Source of the DNA: a virus
Taxonomy: Duplodnaviria > Caudoviricetes
Virus record (IMG/VR): IMGVR_UViG_3300020477_000013
Location: 64,001 to 128,000 of that record
Strand: one strand, 5' to 3'
Length of the DNA stretch: 64,000 nucleotides
Positions 36,806-46,791 of this stretch are shown piece by piece (within the stretch, counting starts at the first letter, position 1; every line of letters begins with the position of its first letter). The translations under genes were made by a program, and so were the position numbers. A model generated the notes under the pieces. The model did not search any database, was not told the DNA's origin, and worked only from the letters and a program-made list of their open reading frames with translations.

Positions 36806-37819
36806 ATGAATAGTTGTTTAGTTACAGGAGGCTGCGGATTTATAGGCAGCGCACTGGTAAGTAAGTTAGTCGAGGCAGGATGGAAGGTTGATGTAGTCGA
36901 CGACCTATCAGGCGGAGATATTACAGCACTTGGTGACTTGCAGAAGAGGGTTATTCACGTCGACATGGTTCCTCTTTTTGAACATAGGCATGAGCCGTCC
37001 AGGCTTGACAGCGAAGTGCTGGTAATCACAGGCGATTTTTCTCATGAAAATATCTTTACAAGAATAAAAGATAAGAGATATGATTATGTTTTTCATCTAG
37101 CTGCTAGGCCAAGGGTAGCATACTCGGTAGAGGACCCTATAACAACGATGGAACACAACCTGTTTAAGACGACTGCACTTTTTCATGCATGCGTAAAGTC
37201 AGTTAAGAGGGTCATTTTTTCAAGTTCATCTTCTGTATTTGGCAGGGTAGAAGAATTCCCTACCCCCGAAGAGTACCCCAAGAACCCCTGTTCACCATAC
37301 GCATTACAGAAGTATTCATGTGAGCAATTTGCATCTCTTTTTGTTGAGCTATATGGAATTGATATAGTCGGGCTGAGGTATTTTAATGTATACGGTCCTG
37401 GCCAGCTAGGTGACTCTCCGTATTCGACTGTTGTCTCTGCGTGGTGTTATGCGATCCAGCAAGATGCTGAACTAAGGCTCGATGGTGATGGTACACAGTC
37501 TAGGGACTTTACATATATCGATGATGTTGTTTCCGCAAACATGCTCGCGGCAACATCAACCAATGAGATTGCGGGCCACATGTTTAACATAGGAAAAGGA
37601 AAGTACCATTCTCTTAACGAGATCCTAGGGTTATTTAAAGACAGATACGGTGACCTTCCACTTAGGCATGCACCAACGCGCGCTGGCGATGTGCACAAAA
37701 CCCATGCAGATGTTAGCAATGCCGGGTCATTATTGGGTTATAATCCTCAAACTAGCATGGAGGATGGCTTGAATAAGACATTTGCCTGGTGGGAATCTTT
37801 AAGTGAGGTGGATGATTAA
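36806..37819 (+). CDS. NAD-dependent NDP-sugar 4-epimerase (extended SDR)
   Basis: TGGCGFIG; FSSSSSVFG; SPYALQK; LRYFNVYGP; RDFTYIDD. Confidence 0.92.
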   Translation: MNSCLVTGGCGFIGSALVSKLVEAGWKVDVVDDLSGGDITALGDLQKRVIHVDMVPLFEHRHEPSRLDSEVLVITGDFSHENIFTRIKDKRYDYVFHLAARPRVAYSVEDPITTMEHNLFKTTALFHACVKSVKRVIFSSSSSVFGRVEEFPTPEEYPKNPCSPYALQKYSCEQFASLFVELYGIDIVGLRYFNVYGPGQLGDSPYSTVVSAWCYAIQQDAELRLDGDGTQSRDFTYIDDVVSANMLAATSTNEIAGHMFNIGKGKYHSLNEILGLFKDRYGDLPLRHAPTRAGDVHKTHADVSNAGSLLGYNPQTSMEDGLNKTFAWWESLSEVDD

Positions 37820-38398
37820 ATGAGAGATCCTGAATTTATTATCTTTACGGGGCCCATGTTCGGTTCTAAGACTACCCGCATGCTGGCCACATTGGAAAGA
37901 TATACATACCAAAATAAGGATGTACTTGCCTTTAAGCCAAAAATGGATGACAGGTATAGCGAGAGTGAGATTTGCACCCACTCAGGCTTGAAATTTCCTG
38001 CCTATGTCGTGGCTACCGGCGCTGAGATTTTGGAGCGTGTCGAAACTATAGCTCCGGACATTGTTGCTGTCGATGAGGCATTTATGATTGACGGGTGTGC
38101 AGAAGCGGTGTTGGAGCTGTTTAGGGCTGGAAAGACAATCGTTATTTCATCCCTACAATTATCAGCTAGCGGGAATGTCTTTGTGGAGGTTAGGGATATG
38201 ATGCCATGGGCTACAAAGATTGAAGTTTGTCCAGCGGTCTGCACTGTTACCGGTAGGGATGCGTACTATACCCACAGAAAAGTAGAGGGATTAGGCGAGA
38301 TAGTTATCGGGGGTATAGATTTATATGAGCCTAGGAGTTGGGAACACCATCCACTTATGAACCACAGGAATATTCATGCCCATCCCAAGCCCCAATGA
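37820..38398 (+). CDS. tdk: Thymidine kinase (TK1 type)
   Basis: GPMFGSKTT; VAVDEAF; VIGG..YEPR. Confidence 0.9.
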   Translation: MRDPEFIIFTGPMFGSKTTRMLATLERYTYQNKDVLAFKPKMDDRYSESEICTHSGLKFPAYVVATGAEILERVETIAPDIVAVDEAFMIDGCAEAVLELFRAGKTIVISSLQLSASGNVFVEVRDMMPWATKIEVCPAVCTVTGRDAYYTHRKVEGLGEIVIGGIDLYEPRSWEHHPLMNHRNIHAHPKPQ

Positions 38399-39209
38399 GA
38401 TAGATACCGTCATTTATCATGCAAACTGTGCAGATGGCTTTGGCGCAGCATATGTTGCATGGAGGCATCTAGGCGCTAATGCTTCTTATTTGCCGTGGCA
38501 CCATGGGGATCCCCCTCCTGATGTGGAGGGTAAAAATGTTCTCATTGTAGATTTTTCATTTTCTAAATCAGATATTATCAAGATGAATTCCTGCGCGAAT
38601 TCGCTGGTTGTTCTAGATCATCACATTTCCGCAAAAAAGAATCTCAAAGGTTTGTCCTATGCAATAATAGACGTTACGAGGTCTGGCGCAATGATGGCAT
38701 GGGATTTTTTCTATGAAAACTGTGCTGCACCCCTATTAATTCAATATATTCAAGATCGTGATTTGTGGCGCTGGTCCCTTGAGGAATCTAGGGAATTTTC
38801 GGCGGGGCTTAATACAGTACCTTTTGATTTTAACGCATATGCTAGCCTTGAAGGTGAAGCTGCAGTTGCTGAGTTAATTGAGAAAGGCAAGGCAATCCTC
38901 GAGCACATTGATGCAGAGGTCTATTATGCCTGTAAGGGCTCCACAAGAAAGAGGTTCTTGGGATATGATGTTGCTATTGTAAATTCACGAAACTATAAAT
39001 CAGAGATTGGCTCTCGACTGTCTAAAGAATGTGATTTTGCGCTAATATGGCATTGTGACCAGTACTCAAGCATAAGCATAAGTCTCAGGGCCCAGGAGAA
39101 TTCGGTTGATGTTTCCGAAGTAGCATCAAAATTTGGTGGCGGTGGCCATAGTTGCGCCGCAGGATTCAGGGTCGATGATTTATCGTTTTTAAGTATGCTT
39201 TTAGATTGA
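38376..39209 (+). CDS. DHH/DHHA1 phosphoesterase
   Basis: YHANCADG; IVDFS; LDHH; GGGGHSCAAG. Confidence 0.9.
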   Translation: MPIPSPNEIDTVIYHANCADGFGAAYVAWRHLGANASYLPWHHGDPPPDVEGKNVLIVDFSFSKSDIIKMNSCANSLVVLDHHISAKKNLKGLSYAIIDVTRSGAMMAWDFFYENCAAPLLIQYIQDRDLWRWSLEESREFSAGLNTVPFDFNAYASLEGEAAVAELIEKGKAILEHIDAEVYYACKGSTRKRFLGYDVAIVNSRNYKSEIGSRLSKECDFALIWHCDQYSSISISLRAQENSVDVSEVASKFGGGGHSCAAGFRVDDLSFLSMLLD

Positions 39210-39280
39210 GCATTTTACGATTGCTTTAAGGTTAACCACAATACATATATGTGTAGATTTATGCATAATATGGGTGTGAT

Positions 39281-42200
39281 ATGACCGATAGAATCTCTTG
39301 GCTTCCTGCTTGCAATGCAACATTAACGAAAAAATTAGCTGCTGAAAGAAAGCAGCTTTTAGAGTCGTATGCCCTGAAGAAAGGCAGCGTTCGCCTGCTT
39401 GTAGAGGGTACATCTTATTATGATGCCCTGAATCGTAAGATAGAGATAGCACAATTAAATGAAGTCATATATCCCTATATGCTATTTTCTAGGGCAACAG
39501 GAAATGATTTTTATTCTAGGGTGGTCCGTAAAACTATAGCAGAATTGCGGCGCAGGGGCCTCGTCGATGAGGCCTCACCATTATTGCAAGAGGGTTTCTG
39601 GGATTCAGTTCAATCTGGAATCGGTAATTTTGCTGGTGGTGTTGACAGCTTTCTTAAGAAGATAAAATTAAAGAAAGAGCCGAAAGGGTGGGAAGAAGCC
39701 CAACGGATATTTCAGAAGATAGCCGAGAAAGAGGGTCACCAGGTCGTAAAAGACCTGGTTAAAGCAATAGACAGTGAGGTAAAATCGCTAGAGTCTGGCC
39801 TGGGTTCGAAGCCAAAAGATTCCAACTTTCCTGTCAACAAAAATAGAAATGCTTTCTTCTCAGGTGTTAATACAATCGCGACGACATATGATTCGATCGT
39901 CGCGGCTACTAAAAAAGATCCTGGCGATGATGGCTATATGCCAGTAGATATTGCTAATGAGATAATTGAGCAGCTGCGGATTGTTACCCAAAAATATATG
40001 GCTGATACTGAGAGAGACAAGGGTGGTATGTATGCGTCTTTCGGCGGCGGTGATGCTAAACAAGAGGCTGAGGCCGCTAATGAGACCGAGTATCATGAAG
40101 AGGATGTTCTAGCAGAGCAGGATGATGAAGGAGCTGAGGGGGCAGGGGATAAAAAGAAAGAGGAAGAAGAAAAGATTGATCCCGATGCAGAGGCTGAAAA
40201 AATGATGAGGGGTCAAAGTTCTCAAGTCTTTAATCGAATGACTAGCCTTAAGGCACCTCTCATCATTGCAGCTATGGGTGCAGCTATGGGGGCCCTAGGG
40301 TGGATTGCATACCAGCCATGGTTTCATGATTGGGTGACGGATTTTCTAGGTATTGCAAAGACTGATACTGAAACGATTAGTAACAGTTGGGAATCTACTC
40401 TTAAGGATTCAATGGACAGGGCTAACCCTGAAATGACTGAGCTCGGTCAGATAGAGGCCGGTGGCGGAGGCCTCGCGAAGCAGGTCTCCCGACTTCTCGG
40501 GCTAGGTGACAGTGAGAACCTTTTAGGGAAAGATGCTTCTCTTGAAGATCTCAAGAACGCTGCTTTAAAAGTGGGAGATGGTGATCTAGACAAGGGGCTC
40601 AGGGGTATTGCCGGCCTCACTGAAGGACGTGGGAATCCAGAGGAGGCATTCAAGTGGATGAAAGGTGCCATTGAGGATCCACAAATGGTCGGTGCTGAAA
40701 ATATTAGTGGCGAAGGCAGTCTTTGGAAGCTGTGGCTCGGTGGTACTGAACGATCCGGTGCTCCTGGTCGACAAATATTAAGTAAAGCAGGTAAGGCCTT
40801 TGCGGATTCGGTGACCGTCGATAAAGGCGCCGGTCCACAGATGCCTATCGACGCCGTCAGGAAGCTGGAAAAAACTAAAGAATTCTGGACGACAATGCCG
40901 AAAGGGATGTTTAGCGTCGGTGTTGGTAACAAGTTGCAGGGCTGGATTATTAAGAAAGCAGCCAAAGCTGTCGCGAAGCAGGCAGCAAAGACAGTTGTAG
41001 CTTCAGCAACTGTTACTACTACCTCATCCGGAGCGCTAGGCGTTTCTACTATGCTAGCATCCGCAGCCCCAGTTTTGGCCGGTATCGGCGTCTCTGCTGT
41101 CGCTGCAGGTGCTGCGCTAGCTGCCATCCGCCACAGAGCAAAGACAAAGTCAAGGATGGGTACATTAAATTCCTTACTTCAGACCCTAAATTTATTAGCA
41201 CCCCAGCCAGTTCCAGACGTCAAGCCTGATGAGGGTGAGAAATCGAAGGTTACTATAGTTTTAAATAATCCCGCACCGGCTGCCACCGGTGGCAAGGTTA
41301 AGAAAGAGAGTCTTATGCATGCTCTAGGGTTGCTAAACGAAAGGACTGACGTCACGATTACTGGTCTGGGCGGTAATGATGAGCTCAAGAAGACTGGGGG
41401 GGTCGCTAAATTTTCTCTGGCCAGCGTTCCCTTAGATATAACCCCCAGCGTGACTGATCTCATGTCAATACCATTTATAGAAAAGGGAATTAATGATTTT
41501 CTCCCTGATTTAAACTTGGCCGACCCGAATGTAGAAATTGAGATTATTGATAAGAGGAAGGCAGAAGAAATTCCTGAAAAGCCACCGCAAAAAGAGGCTC
41601 CGCCAGTGCCTGTTGTTCCTGCAGAGATAGCGAAGGGGAATAATGCGGTAGTTGTTTTTGATACTGACGGCGCGAAGGTCTGGCGTATTCTCAAGAAAAA
41701 AACATTTCAGAAATATGCCCAAGATGCCAAGCGGTCAAAGGACAAAGATGCTCCAGAGTTTGCAGACAGGTTTTCACGATATGACAGTATTCTTGCAAAA
41801 TTACGTGCAGACGGCGTATTTGTCAATTCAGATGTTTTAGAGGCTGAGCTTTCAAAAATTTCTTCTGGACAAGATGGCGATGCTTATCGTGCGACTTACA
41901 CAAGGACGAGGAAAGACAAGAAGACCGGTAAAGAAAAGAAGAGAAAATCTACCACTGGAGGATTTACTTCTGCTGGAGAAGTTAAGAGTATCGGTGATAT
42001 ACGAAAGAATATCAAAGGTGCTCCGGGTTCACGCCCACCCCGAAATGCAGGCGAAATGACAATAATATACTTGATCGGGTCTAATACATTGCAGGCCCTT
42101 CAGGGTGCCGGCTTGGATGATAAGAAGTCTCGGCAGGTTGCTATGAAGGCTATATCTGATTGGGCATCTGCCGGGAAACGCCCGAGTATAGCAGATCTAG

Positions 42201-42403
42201 GCGTTGACGATAAGGCAGCCAAGGTTTTAAAGAAGGCTAGCTTGGCAGAGGCTTTAGGCATGCAACAAGCACACAGGTACGCAATAGTTGATGTAACCCC
42301 TAAATTATTTAAACGAATGATTCGTGAAATAAGGGATGCCTCAAATAATTCAGGCGGCTCAATATCCCGAGACCGCCTCCTTACTTTAGCTGGTGTAAAG
42401 TAG
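39281..42403 (+). CDS. Large putative virion/ejection protein with hydrophobic helices and a terminal RLLTLAGVK motif
   Basis: Several L-x-E sites (LLE, LNE, LQE, LAE); hydrophobic AAMGAAMGALGWIAY and LAGIGVSAVAAGAALAAI. Confidence 0.7.
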   Translation: MTDRISWLPACNATLTKKLAAERKQLLESYALKKGSVRLLVEGTSYYDALNRKIEIAQLNEVIYPYMLFSRATGNDFYSRVVRKTIAELRRRGLVDEASPLLQEGFWDSVQSGIGNFAGGVDSFLKKIKLKKEPKGWEEAQRIFQKIAEKEGHQVVKDLVKAIDSEVKSLESGLGSKPKDSNFPVNKNRNAFFSGVNTIATTYDSIVAATKKDPGDDGYMPVDIANEIIEQLRIVTQKYMADTERDKGGMYASFGGGDAKQEAEAANETEYHEEDVLAEQDDEGAEGAGDKKKEEEEKIDPDAEAEKMMRGQSSQVFNRMTSLKAPLIIAAMGAAMGALGWIAYQPWFHDWVTDFLGIAKTDTETISNSWESTLKDSMDRANPEMTELGQIEAGGGGLAKQVSRLLGLGDSENLLGKDASLEDLKNAALKVGDGDLDKGLRGIAGLTEGRGNPEEAFKWMKGAIEDPQMVGAENISGEGSLWKLWLGGTERSGAPGRQILSKAGKAFADSVTVDKGAGPQMPIDAVRKLEKTKEFWTTMPKGMFSVGVGNKLQGWIIKKAAKAVAKQAAKTVVASATVTTTSSGALGVSTMLASAAPVLAGIGVSAVAAGAALAAIRHRAKTKSRMGTLNSLLQTLNLLAPQPVPDVKPDEGEKSKVTIVLNNPAPAATGGKVKKESLMHALGLLNERTDVTITGLGGNDELKKTGGVAKFSLASVPLDITPSVTDLMSIPFIEKGINDFLPDLNLADPNVEIEIIDKRKAEEIPEKPPQKEAPPVPVVPAEIAKGNNAVVVFDTDGAKVWRILKKKTFQKYAQDAKRSKDKDAPEFADRFSRYDSILAKLRADGVFVNSDVLEAELSKISSGQDGDAYRATYTRTRKDKKTGKEKKRKSTTGGFTSAGEVKSIGDIRKNIKGAPGSRPPRNAGEMTIIYLIGSNTLQALQGAGLDDKKSRQVAMKAISDWASAGKRPSIADLGVDDKAAKVLKKASLAEALGMQQAHRYAIVDVTPKLFKRMIREIRDASNNSGGSISRDRLLTLAGVK

Positions 42404-42419
42404 GGACAAGGGGGTGGTC

Positions 42420-42447
42420 TATACACTCGCGTGATATTTTTTATATT
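42420..42447 (+). promoter_or_regulatory. Putative early/middle promoter (class E)
   Basis: TATACA-N16-TATATT upstream of dCMP deaminase. Confidence 0.5.
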
Positions 42448-42474
42448 TATTTTGGCGATTTGTAGAGGCTATTT

Positions 42475-43002
42475 GTGATTAGAAAGTTGTTACATACCTT
42501 AGGTGACATGATAACCAGCGCGCATCCTCACTTAGAGAAGGGCGCTGTGAGGCTATCATTGGAGAGATTTTTGTCAAATTTACTTAGATCAGACAGGCCG
42601 GATTGGGATGACGTGTGGATGGATTTTGCATATTCCATAGCACGTCGGTCTTATGACCCCAGACATCAAGTGGGTGCAGTTGTTGTCACAGGTGATAATA
42701 CACAGGTGCTAGCTATTGGTTATAATGGTAATTATTCCGGTGGCCCAAATGAGGTAGAGTCTGATGTTCCTGGAGAGTCGGGTATGATACATGCTGAGAT
42801 TAATGCATTGCTGAAGATGGATTATAACACACCAAAAACGAAGAAGCTATATGTAACGCTGTCTCCATGTAAGATGTGTGCGAAGTCAATCATTAATGCA
42901 GGGGTAGATGAAGTCATCTATGATACCGAATATAGGGATACATCTGGATTGGAAATTTTAAAATCTTCTCACATTAAGGTAAGGGCCTTCGGTGGTAAGT
43001 GA
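42475..43002 (+). CDS. dCMP deaminase
   Basis: VGAVVV; GYNG; HAEINAL; SPCKMCAK. Confidence 0.93.
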   Translation: MIRKLLHTLGDMITSAHPHLEKGAVRLSLERFLSNLLRSDRPDWDDVWMDFAYSIARRSYDPRHQVGAVVVTGDNTQVLAIGYNGNYSGGPNEVESDVPGESGMIHAEINALLKMDYNTPKTKKLYVTLSPCKMCAKSIINAGVDEVIYDTEYRDTSGLEILKSSHIKVRAFGGK

Positions 43003-43010
43003 ATAATTAA
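43003..43010 (+). promoter_or_regulatory. Putative late promoter (class L)
   Basis: ATAATTAA 28 nt upstream of 43039. Confidence 0.5.
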
Positions 43011-43038
43011 TATTTGCTAGCAAAAAAAAGGGGCTCTT

Positions 43039-44295
43039 ATGTCTAGGAATTTTGAGAGAATTATTCGTAAAATTCTCACTGAAGATGAACTAACGAGTCT
43101 GTCTCTACAAGAGGGAAAAATGTATTTTCTCTTAAATGAGGCACTCGACCAAAGCGATATAGAGGAACTTCGAGCTTCGCTCGATGAAACCGAAGATTCC
43201 CTAAGTGCACTAGATACCGCATATGGGGGCGCTGGAATAAAGATAAGTGATATTCCTGGAGCAGGAGAATACGCAAAATCTTTAGCAGGTGCAGTAGGAA
43301 AGGCAAGGGGTATTGTTGCAAAGTTAGACCTTGAGGATCCCAAGTGGTCCGACCTTATACGGAAGACGTTCGGCCAGGGAGCTGATGCAAACGGTGTGGC
43401 ACGTGCCGTAACAGCTATTCAGGCAAAGGCAAGTGAATTTCACTCTGCAGTCACGACTGCGCTTGATAAGGTAGTCGCAAATTTAGAGCCAGTGTTTAAA
43501 GATGACAAAGAGCTGTGGGACCAGCCCCTGAATCAGGTCCTGGGTACTCAAGAGAACATGCCGTCTATAGAGGATTTTAAAGATGGTATCTCTAAAGCTA
43601 TCGGCAAAGGCGGCCCGAAGAAAGGTGCCATGGCGAAGCTCGGAGGGTGGGTTTCCGGAGTTTTCAAGAGGGGTGACCCTGTTCTAGATAAGATCACAGG
43701 TGACTTGCCTGATGAGCTAGACCTAAGCGGCATGGCAGATTATATTCTTTCACAGCCTCTCTCAGCCCTTAAGGGAGCTGCTGAGTCGGGGGTTTCGGAT
43801 GATGCCCCACCTCCTCTACCACAAGATGTTATCTCAGACGTTACAGATGCACCTGAAGAAAGTGGCACCGGTGAAGAGGGTGAAGAGGGTGAGAAGGGTG
43901 AGAAGGGTGAAGAGGGTGATGATGGTTGGGGATCTCCTGTCGGTGATCTGGACGCGTTACCCGGTTCAGGTAGGCCTAACGATCCTGAGGCTGAGGGCGA
44001 TCCCAATGCACCTGAAGAAGAGCCGGAATCGCAAGATGATGTTAAAGATGCAGAGGGATATGTTATAACTAAGGCAGACCTTAAGGCGATTAAGGGTGCA
44101 ATGGATAAAGCGAAAGGTCAAAAGAAGAGCCAGTCGAAGGCTCTCGGGGGACACTTAAACCAGCTGTTGGGACAAACGTTATTTGCTGAAAATAGGTCTT
44201 ACACCATGGGTGGCGTAAAGAGGGTGTTGTCCGAGCACATAGAGAAACAACAGGCTATGTCACGGTGGTTAAAGATTGCCGGCATTAAAAAGTAG
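43039..44295 (+). CDS. Tagged acidic protein (N-terminal ERIIRKILTE; C-terminal RWLKIAGIKK)
   Basis: Motifs read from the translation. Confidence 0.75.
   Translation: MSRNFERIIRKILTEDELTSLSLQEGKMYFLLNEALDQSDIEELRASLDETEDSLSALDTAYGGAGIKISDIPGAGEYAKSLAGAVGKARGIVAKLDLEDPKWSDLIRKTFGQGADANGVARAVTAIQAKASEFHSAVTTALDKVVANLEPVFKDDKELWDQPLNQVLGTQENMPSIEDFKDGISKAIGKGGPKKGAMAKLGGWVSGVFKRGDPVLDKITGDLPDELDLSGMADYILSQPLSALKGAAESGVSDDAPPPLPQDVISDVTDAPEESGTGEEGEEGEKGEKGEEGDDGWGSPVGDLDALPGSGRPNDPEAEGDPNAPEEEPESQDDVKDAEGYVITKADLKAIKGAMDKAKGQKKSQSKALGGHLNQLLGQTLFAENRSYTMGGVKRVLSEHIEKQQAMSRWLKIAGIKK
43870..43914 (+). repeat. 5x 9-nt coding repeat GGTGAAGAG/GGTGAGAAG (GEE/GEK)
   Basis: Read directly. Confidence 0.9.
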
Positions 44296-44308
44296 GGTTG
44301 TAGAAATT

Positions 44309-44746
44309 ATGGGAAACCACCAGATATCGGAGAAAAATATTATTAAGATAATGCGCGATGAATATCACCAGCGTTTAACTGAGGCTATAGCTGAGGCTGA
44401 TGTGTTTGATTCACGTGACAATATGGTAATAGGTCAAGATTTAAAAGTCCGCCATAAGAAATCGCAATATGAATATACGGTTGATGATGTAATAGAGGAC
44501 GATGAGTCAGGTGATGTACAAGTCATTTTGAGATTACCAGATGAGCCTAGGTTTGAGCCGCCCCCGGACGAGAGTGACGTAGTCATTACAGACACGACAG
44601 GGGCCATGATGATTGGTGAAGAAGATGCGATTAGTTTGGAGCCGCCCCTTGATGCCACCACGGAAGAAGAGTTTCATGATGCTCCAGATGAAGAAGTCTT
44701 TGTTGTAAGCAAAGAAGAATTTGAGAAAGAGTATGAGGTGAAATGA
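44309..44746 (+). CDS. Acidic hypothetical protein (leader-like IIKIMRDEYHQRLTE)
   Basis: ATG 44309 preferred as start. Confidence 0.7.
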   Translation: MGNHQISEKNIIKIMRDEYHQRLTEAIAEADVFDSRDNMVIGQDLKVRHKKSQYEYTVDDVIEDDESGDVQVILRLPDEPRFEPPPDESDVVITDTTGAMMIGEEDAISLEPPLDATTEEEFHDAPDEEVFVVSKEEFEKEYEVK

Positions 44747-45450
44747 TGTCGGACCTTGATTCAGAAATTAGGAGTGCTATTAGGGATAGTTTGGGCTTGC
44801 CAAAAAATGTACCTATGAAAAAAGATGCTGTGAATGAGGCATATGTAACTCAAGCGAAGAAATTTAATCTACCTACTGAGTTTTTAAGCGATAAAAGTAA
44901 GCGTGCACATTTTGAGATATTCGAAGAACATGTCGATGTATTAAATCGAGTGAGTGCTGAGCTTGATGGCGTTGATAGGGGAGATGCAAACCTAGATCAT
45001 TCAGCATTTAGGGGTTTAAAAATAGATGAAGTTTATAATTTAAATGCAGCATTTCTTCATGGTTTATTCTTTGATAATGTCAGTGATATTAAGAGCCAGA
45101 TTACGATGGACTCATTGGCATATATGCGGCTAGAGAGAGACTTCGGCTCATTCGATGAGTGGCAAAAGGATTTTATAGCATGTGCAATGTCTTCTAGGAA
45201 TGGGTGGGCTGTTACTGTATATAACACATTTTTAAATCGCTACATGAATGTCTGCGTAGATTTAAACAGCGTTAATATTCCACTTTCATCATTCCCGGTA
45301 ATAGTGCTTGACTGTTGGGAACATGCTTACTACCGCGATTACCTAGATGATAAGAAGACGTATATCTTTGCTATGATGAAAGAGCTTGACTGGGAAGTTA
45401 TAGAAAATAGAGTAAAGAAAGTAGAGAAAATGTCAAAGGTGATGAAATGA
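44743..45450 (+). CDS. Fe/Mn superoxide-dismutase-like protein (divergent N-terminus)
   Basis: LHGLFFDN; DFGSFDEWQKDF; GWAV; LDCWEHAYY. Confidence 0.85.
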   Translation: MMSDLDSEIRSAIRDSLGLPKNVPMKKDAVNEAYVTQAKKFNLPTEFLSDKSKRAHFEIFEEHVDVLNRVSAELDGVDRGDANLDHSAFRGLKIDEVYNLNAAFLHGLFFDNVSDIKSQITMDSLAYMRLERDFGSFDEWQKDFIACAMSSRNGWAVTVYNTFLNRYMNVCVDLNSVNIPLSSFPVIVLDCWEHAYYRDYLDDKKTYIFAMMKELDWEVIENRVKKVEKMSKVMK

Positions 45451-46130
45451 GATTAACCCGCAATATACTTCGTCGTCTTATAAAAGAGGAGCTTAACATA
45501 CTATCAGAACAGGATGACCCCTTTGGCCTTGAGGGCGGAGGCGAAGAAGAAGGCGCAGCAGATGAGGGTGCCGAGACTGAAGGCGAAGAAGAGGGTGGAG
45601 AAGACGCGGAAGGTGCCGAGGGTGAAGGTGAAGACGCAGAAGAGGAAGACGAAGAAGAAGTAGAGGAAATCGAGCCCCTCGGTGATGAAGAGCTTTCTCT
45701 AGCCAAGACCGTCGATGATGAACTAAATTCTGTCTTTATAGATTTCGAGTCAGATGCTATTAAGTCTGCTGATTGGAGCAACAAGAAAGAAGATGAGATG
45801 GCGGTTGATATTAAGGTGAGAGAAAGTGCACGTAGGAAAAAATTATCATTTTTGCTATTTGAGCGGGAAGAAGCTCCCCAGATTGATATGGAGACATTCA
45901 CAGCAGATGTTGCTAGGCTTATAAAGAATTATGATTCCCTCTTGGACATGAAGGCTATTATAATGAAGAAAGCCCAAGATTTTATTTCAAAAAAATATGG
46001 GAAGGAGCAAGTTGAAGAGCTACTTTCAATACTCGAACTACGATATGACCTGACATTAGATATACATCAAGATGAAATAGATCCTCATGCCGTAGGTGCT
46101 AGTCCGACCCAGGCAGAGGGTGGTGCGTAA
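45447..46130 (+). CDS. Leader-tagged highly acidic protein (scaffold/core-like)
   Basis: MRLTRNILRRLIKEE...LSE; E/G-rich tract. Confidence 0.75.
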   Translation: MRLTRNILRRLIKEELNILSEQDDPFGLEGGGEEEGAADEGAETEGEEEGGEDAEGAEGEGEDAEEEDEEEVEEIEPLGDEELSLAKTVDDELNSVFIDFESDAIKSADWSNKKEDEMAVDIKVRESARRKKLSFLLFEREEAPQIDMETFTADVARLIKNYDSLLDMKAIIMKKAQDFISKKYGKEQVEELLSILELRYDLTLDIHQDEIDPHAVGASPTQAEGGA

Positions 46131-46409
46131 ATGTCATATAGGGATTTTGAGACAAAAAAATCTCTCCACATTAATCTTACAAGTGATACACATGCAGCGC
46201 TAAAGATTCGCGCATTTAAGCATAAATTATCCATGCAAGAGATTTTTGAAGAACTAGCTAGGCAAATAGTATGTAATGAGCCGTATATGCAAAAAGTGAT
46301 ATCAGGCTTAGAGTCAAAAAAACGTGCTAGGGCAACCCAGAAAATGATTAAGACTGATGCTGAGTCAATTTTTAGGGTAATCGAAGCAGAAAGTCCTATC
46401 GACGATTAA
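46131..46409 (+). CDS. Ribbon-helix-helix DNA-binding protein
   Basis: KSLHINLTSDTHAALKIRAFKHKLSMQEIFEELAR. Confidence 0.7.
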   Translation: MSYRDFETKKSLHINLTSDTHAALKIRAFKHKLSMQEIFEELARQIVCNEPYMQKVISGLESKKRARATQKMIKTDAESIFRVIEAESPIDD

Positions 46410-46417
46410 AAATTGCT

Positions 46418-46711
46418 ATGATTGGTGGTATAATTAAATTTATGAGGAATATGATTACGCCAGTATCCCAATCTATAGATCCAGAACCTTCCCAGGTGGA
46501 TTGTCTTAAGGCTGAAATTGAGGATCTTAAGAGTGAGCTTAAGAATGTTAATACCGTCCTGAAGTATCTTGCGACAGCTAATGTGGAATTAGCAAGAGAT
46601 ATGCAAATAATTTATGACTCGCTAAGGCAAATATCTTCTTCTGTATGCGACCCATATGATTCTATGGGGTTTCCTGTAGTTGATCCTGACGACGACGATA
46701 TGTTGAACTGA
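46418..46711 (+). CDS. Coiled-coil hypothetical protein
   Basis: Heptad-rich LKAEIEDLKSELKNV. Confidence 0.65.
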   Translation: MIGGIIKFMRNMITPVSQSIDPEPSQVDCLKAEIEDLKSELKNVNTVLKYLATANVELARDMQIIYDSLRQISSSVCDPYDSMGFPVVDPDDDDMLN

Positions 46712-46721
46712 GTTTAGCGCA

Positions 46722-46729
46722 ATATTTAT
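46722..46729 (+). promoter_or_regulatory. Putative late promoter (class L)
   Basis: ATATTTAT upstream of the lysis-like genes. Confidence 0.45.
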
Positions 46730-46791
46730 AACATCACTTGCAGTCTAAAACTGCATCCTGCTCACGCAGGATTAGAAATAGGAGAAAAGTG

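Noticed and set aside
43870-43914. Collagen-like Gly-X-Y repeat
   Set aside because: Only about six triplets in an acidic linker; too short for a triple helix.
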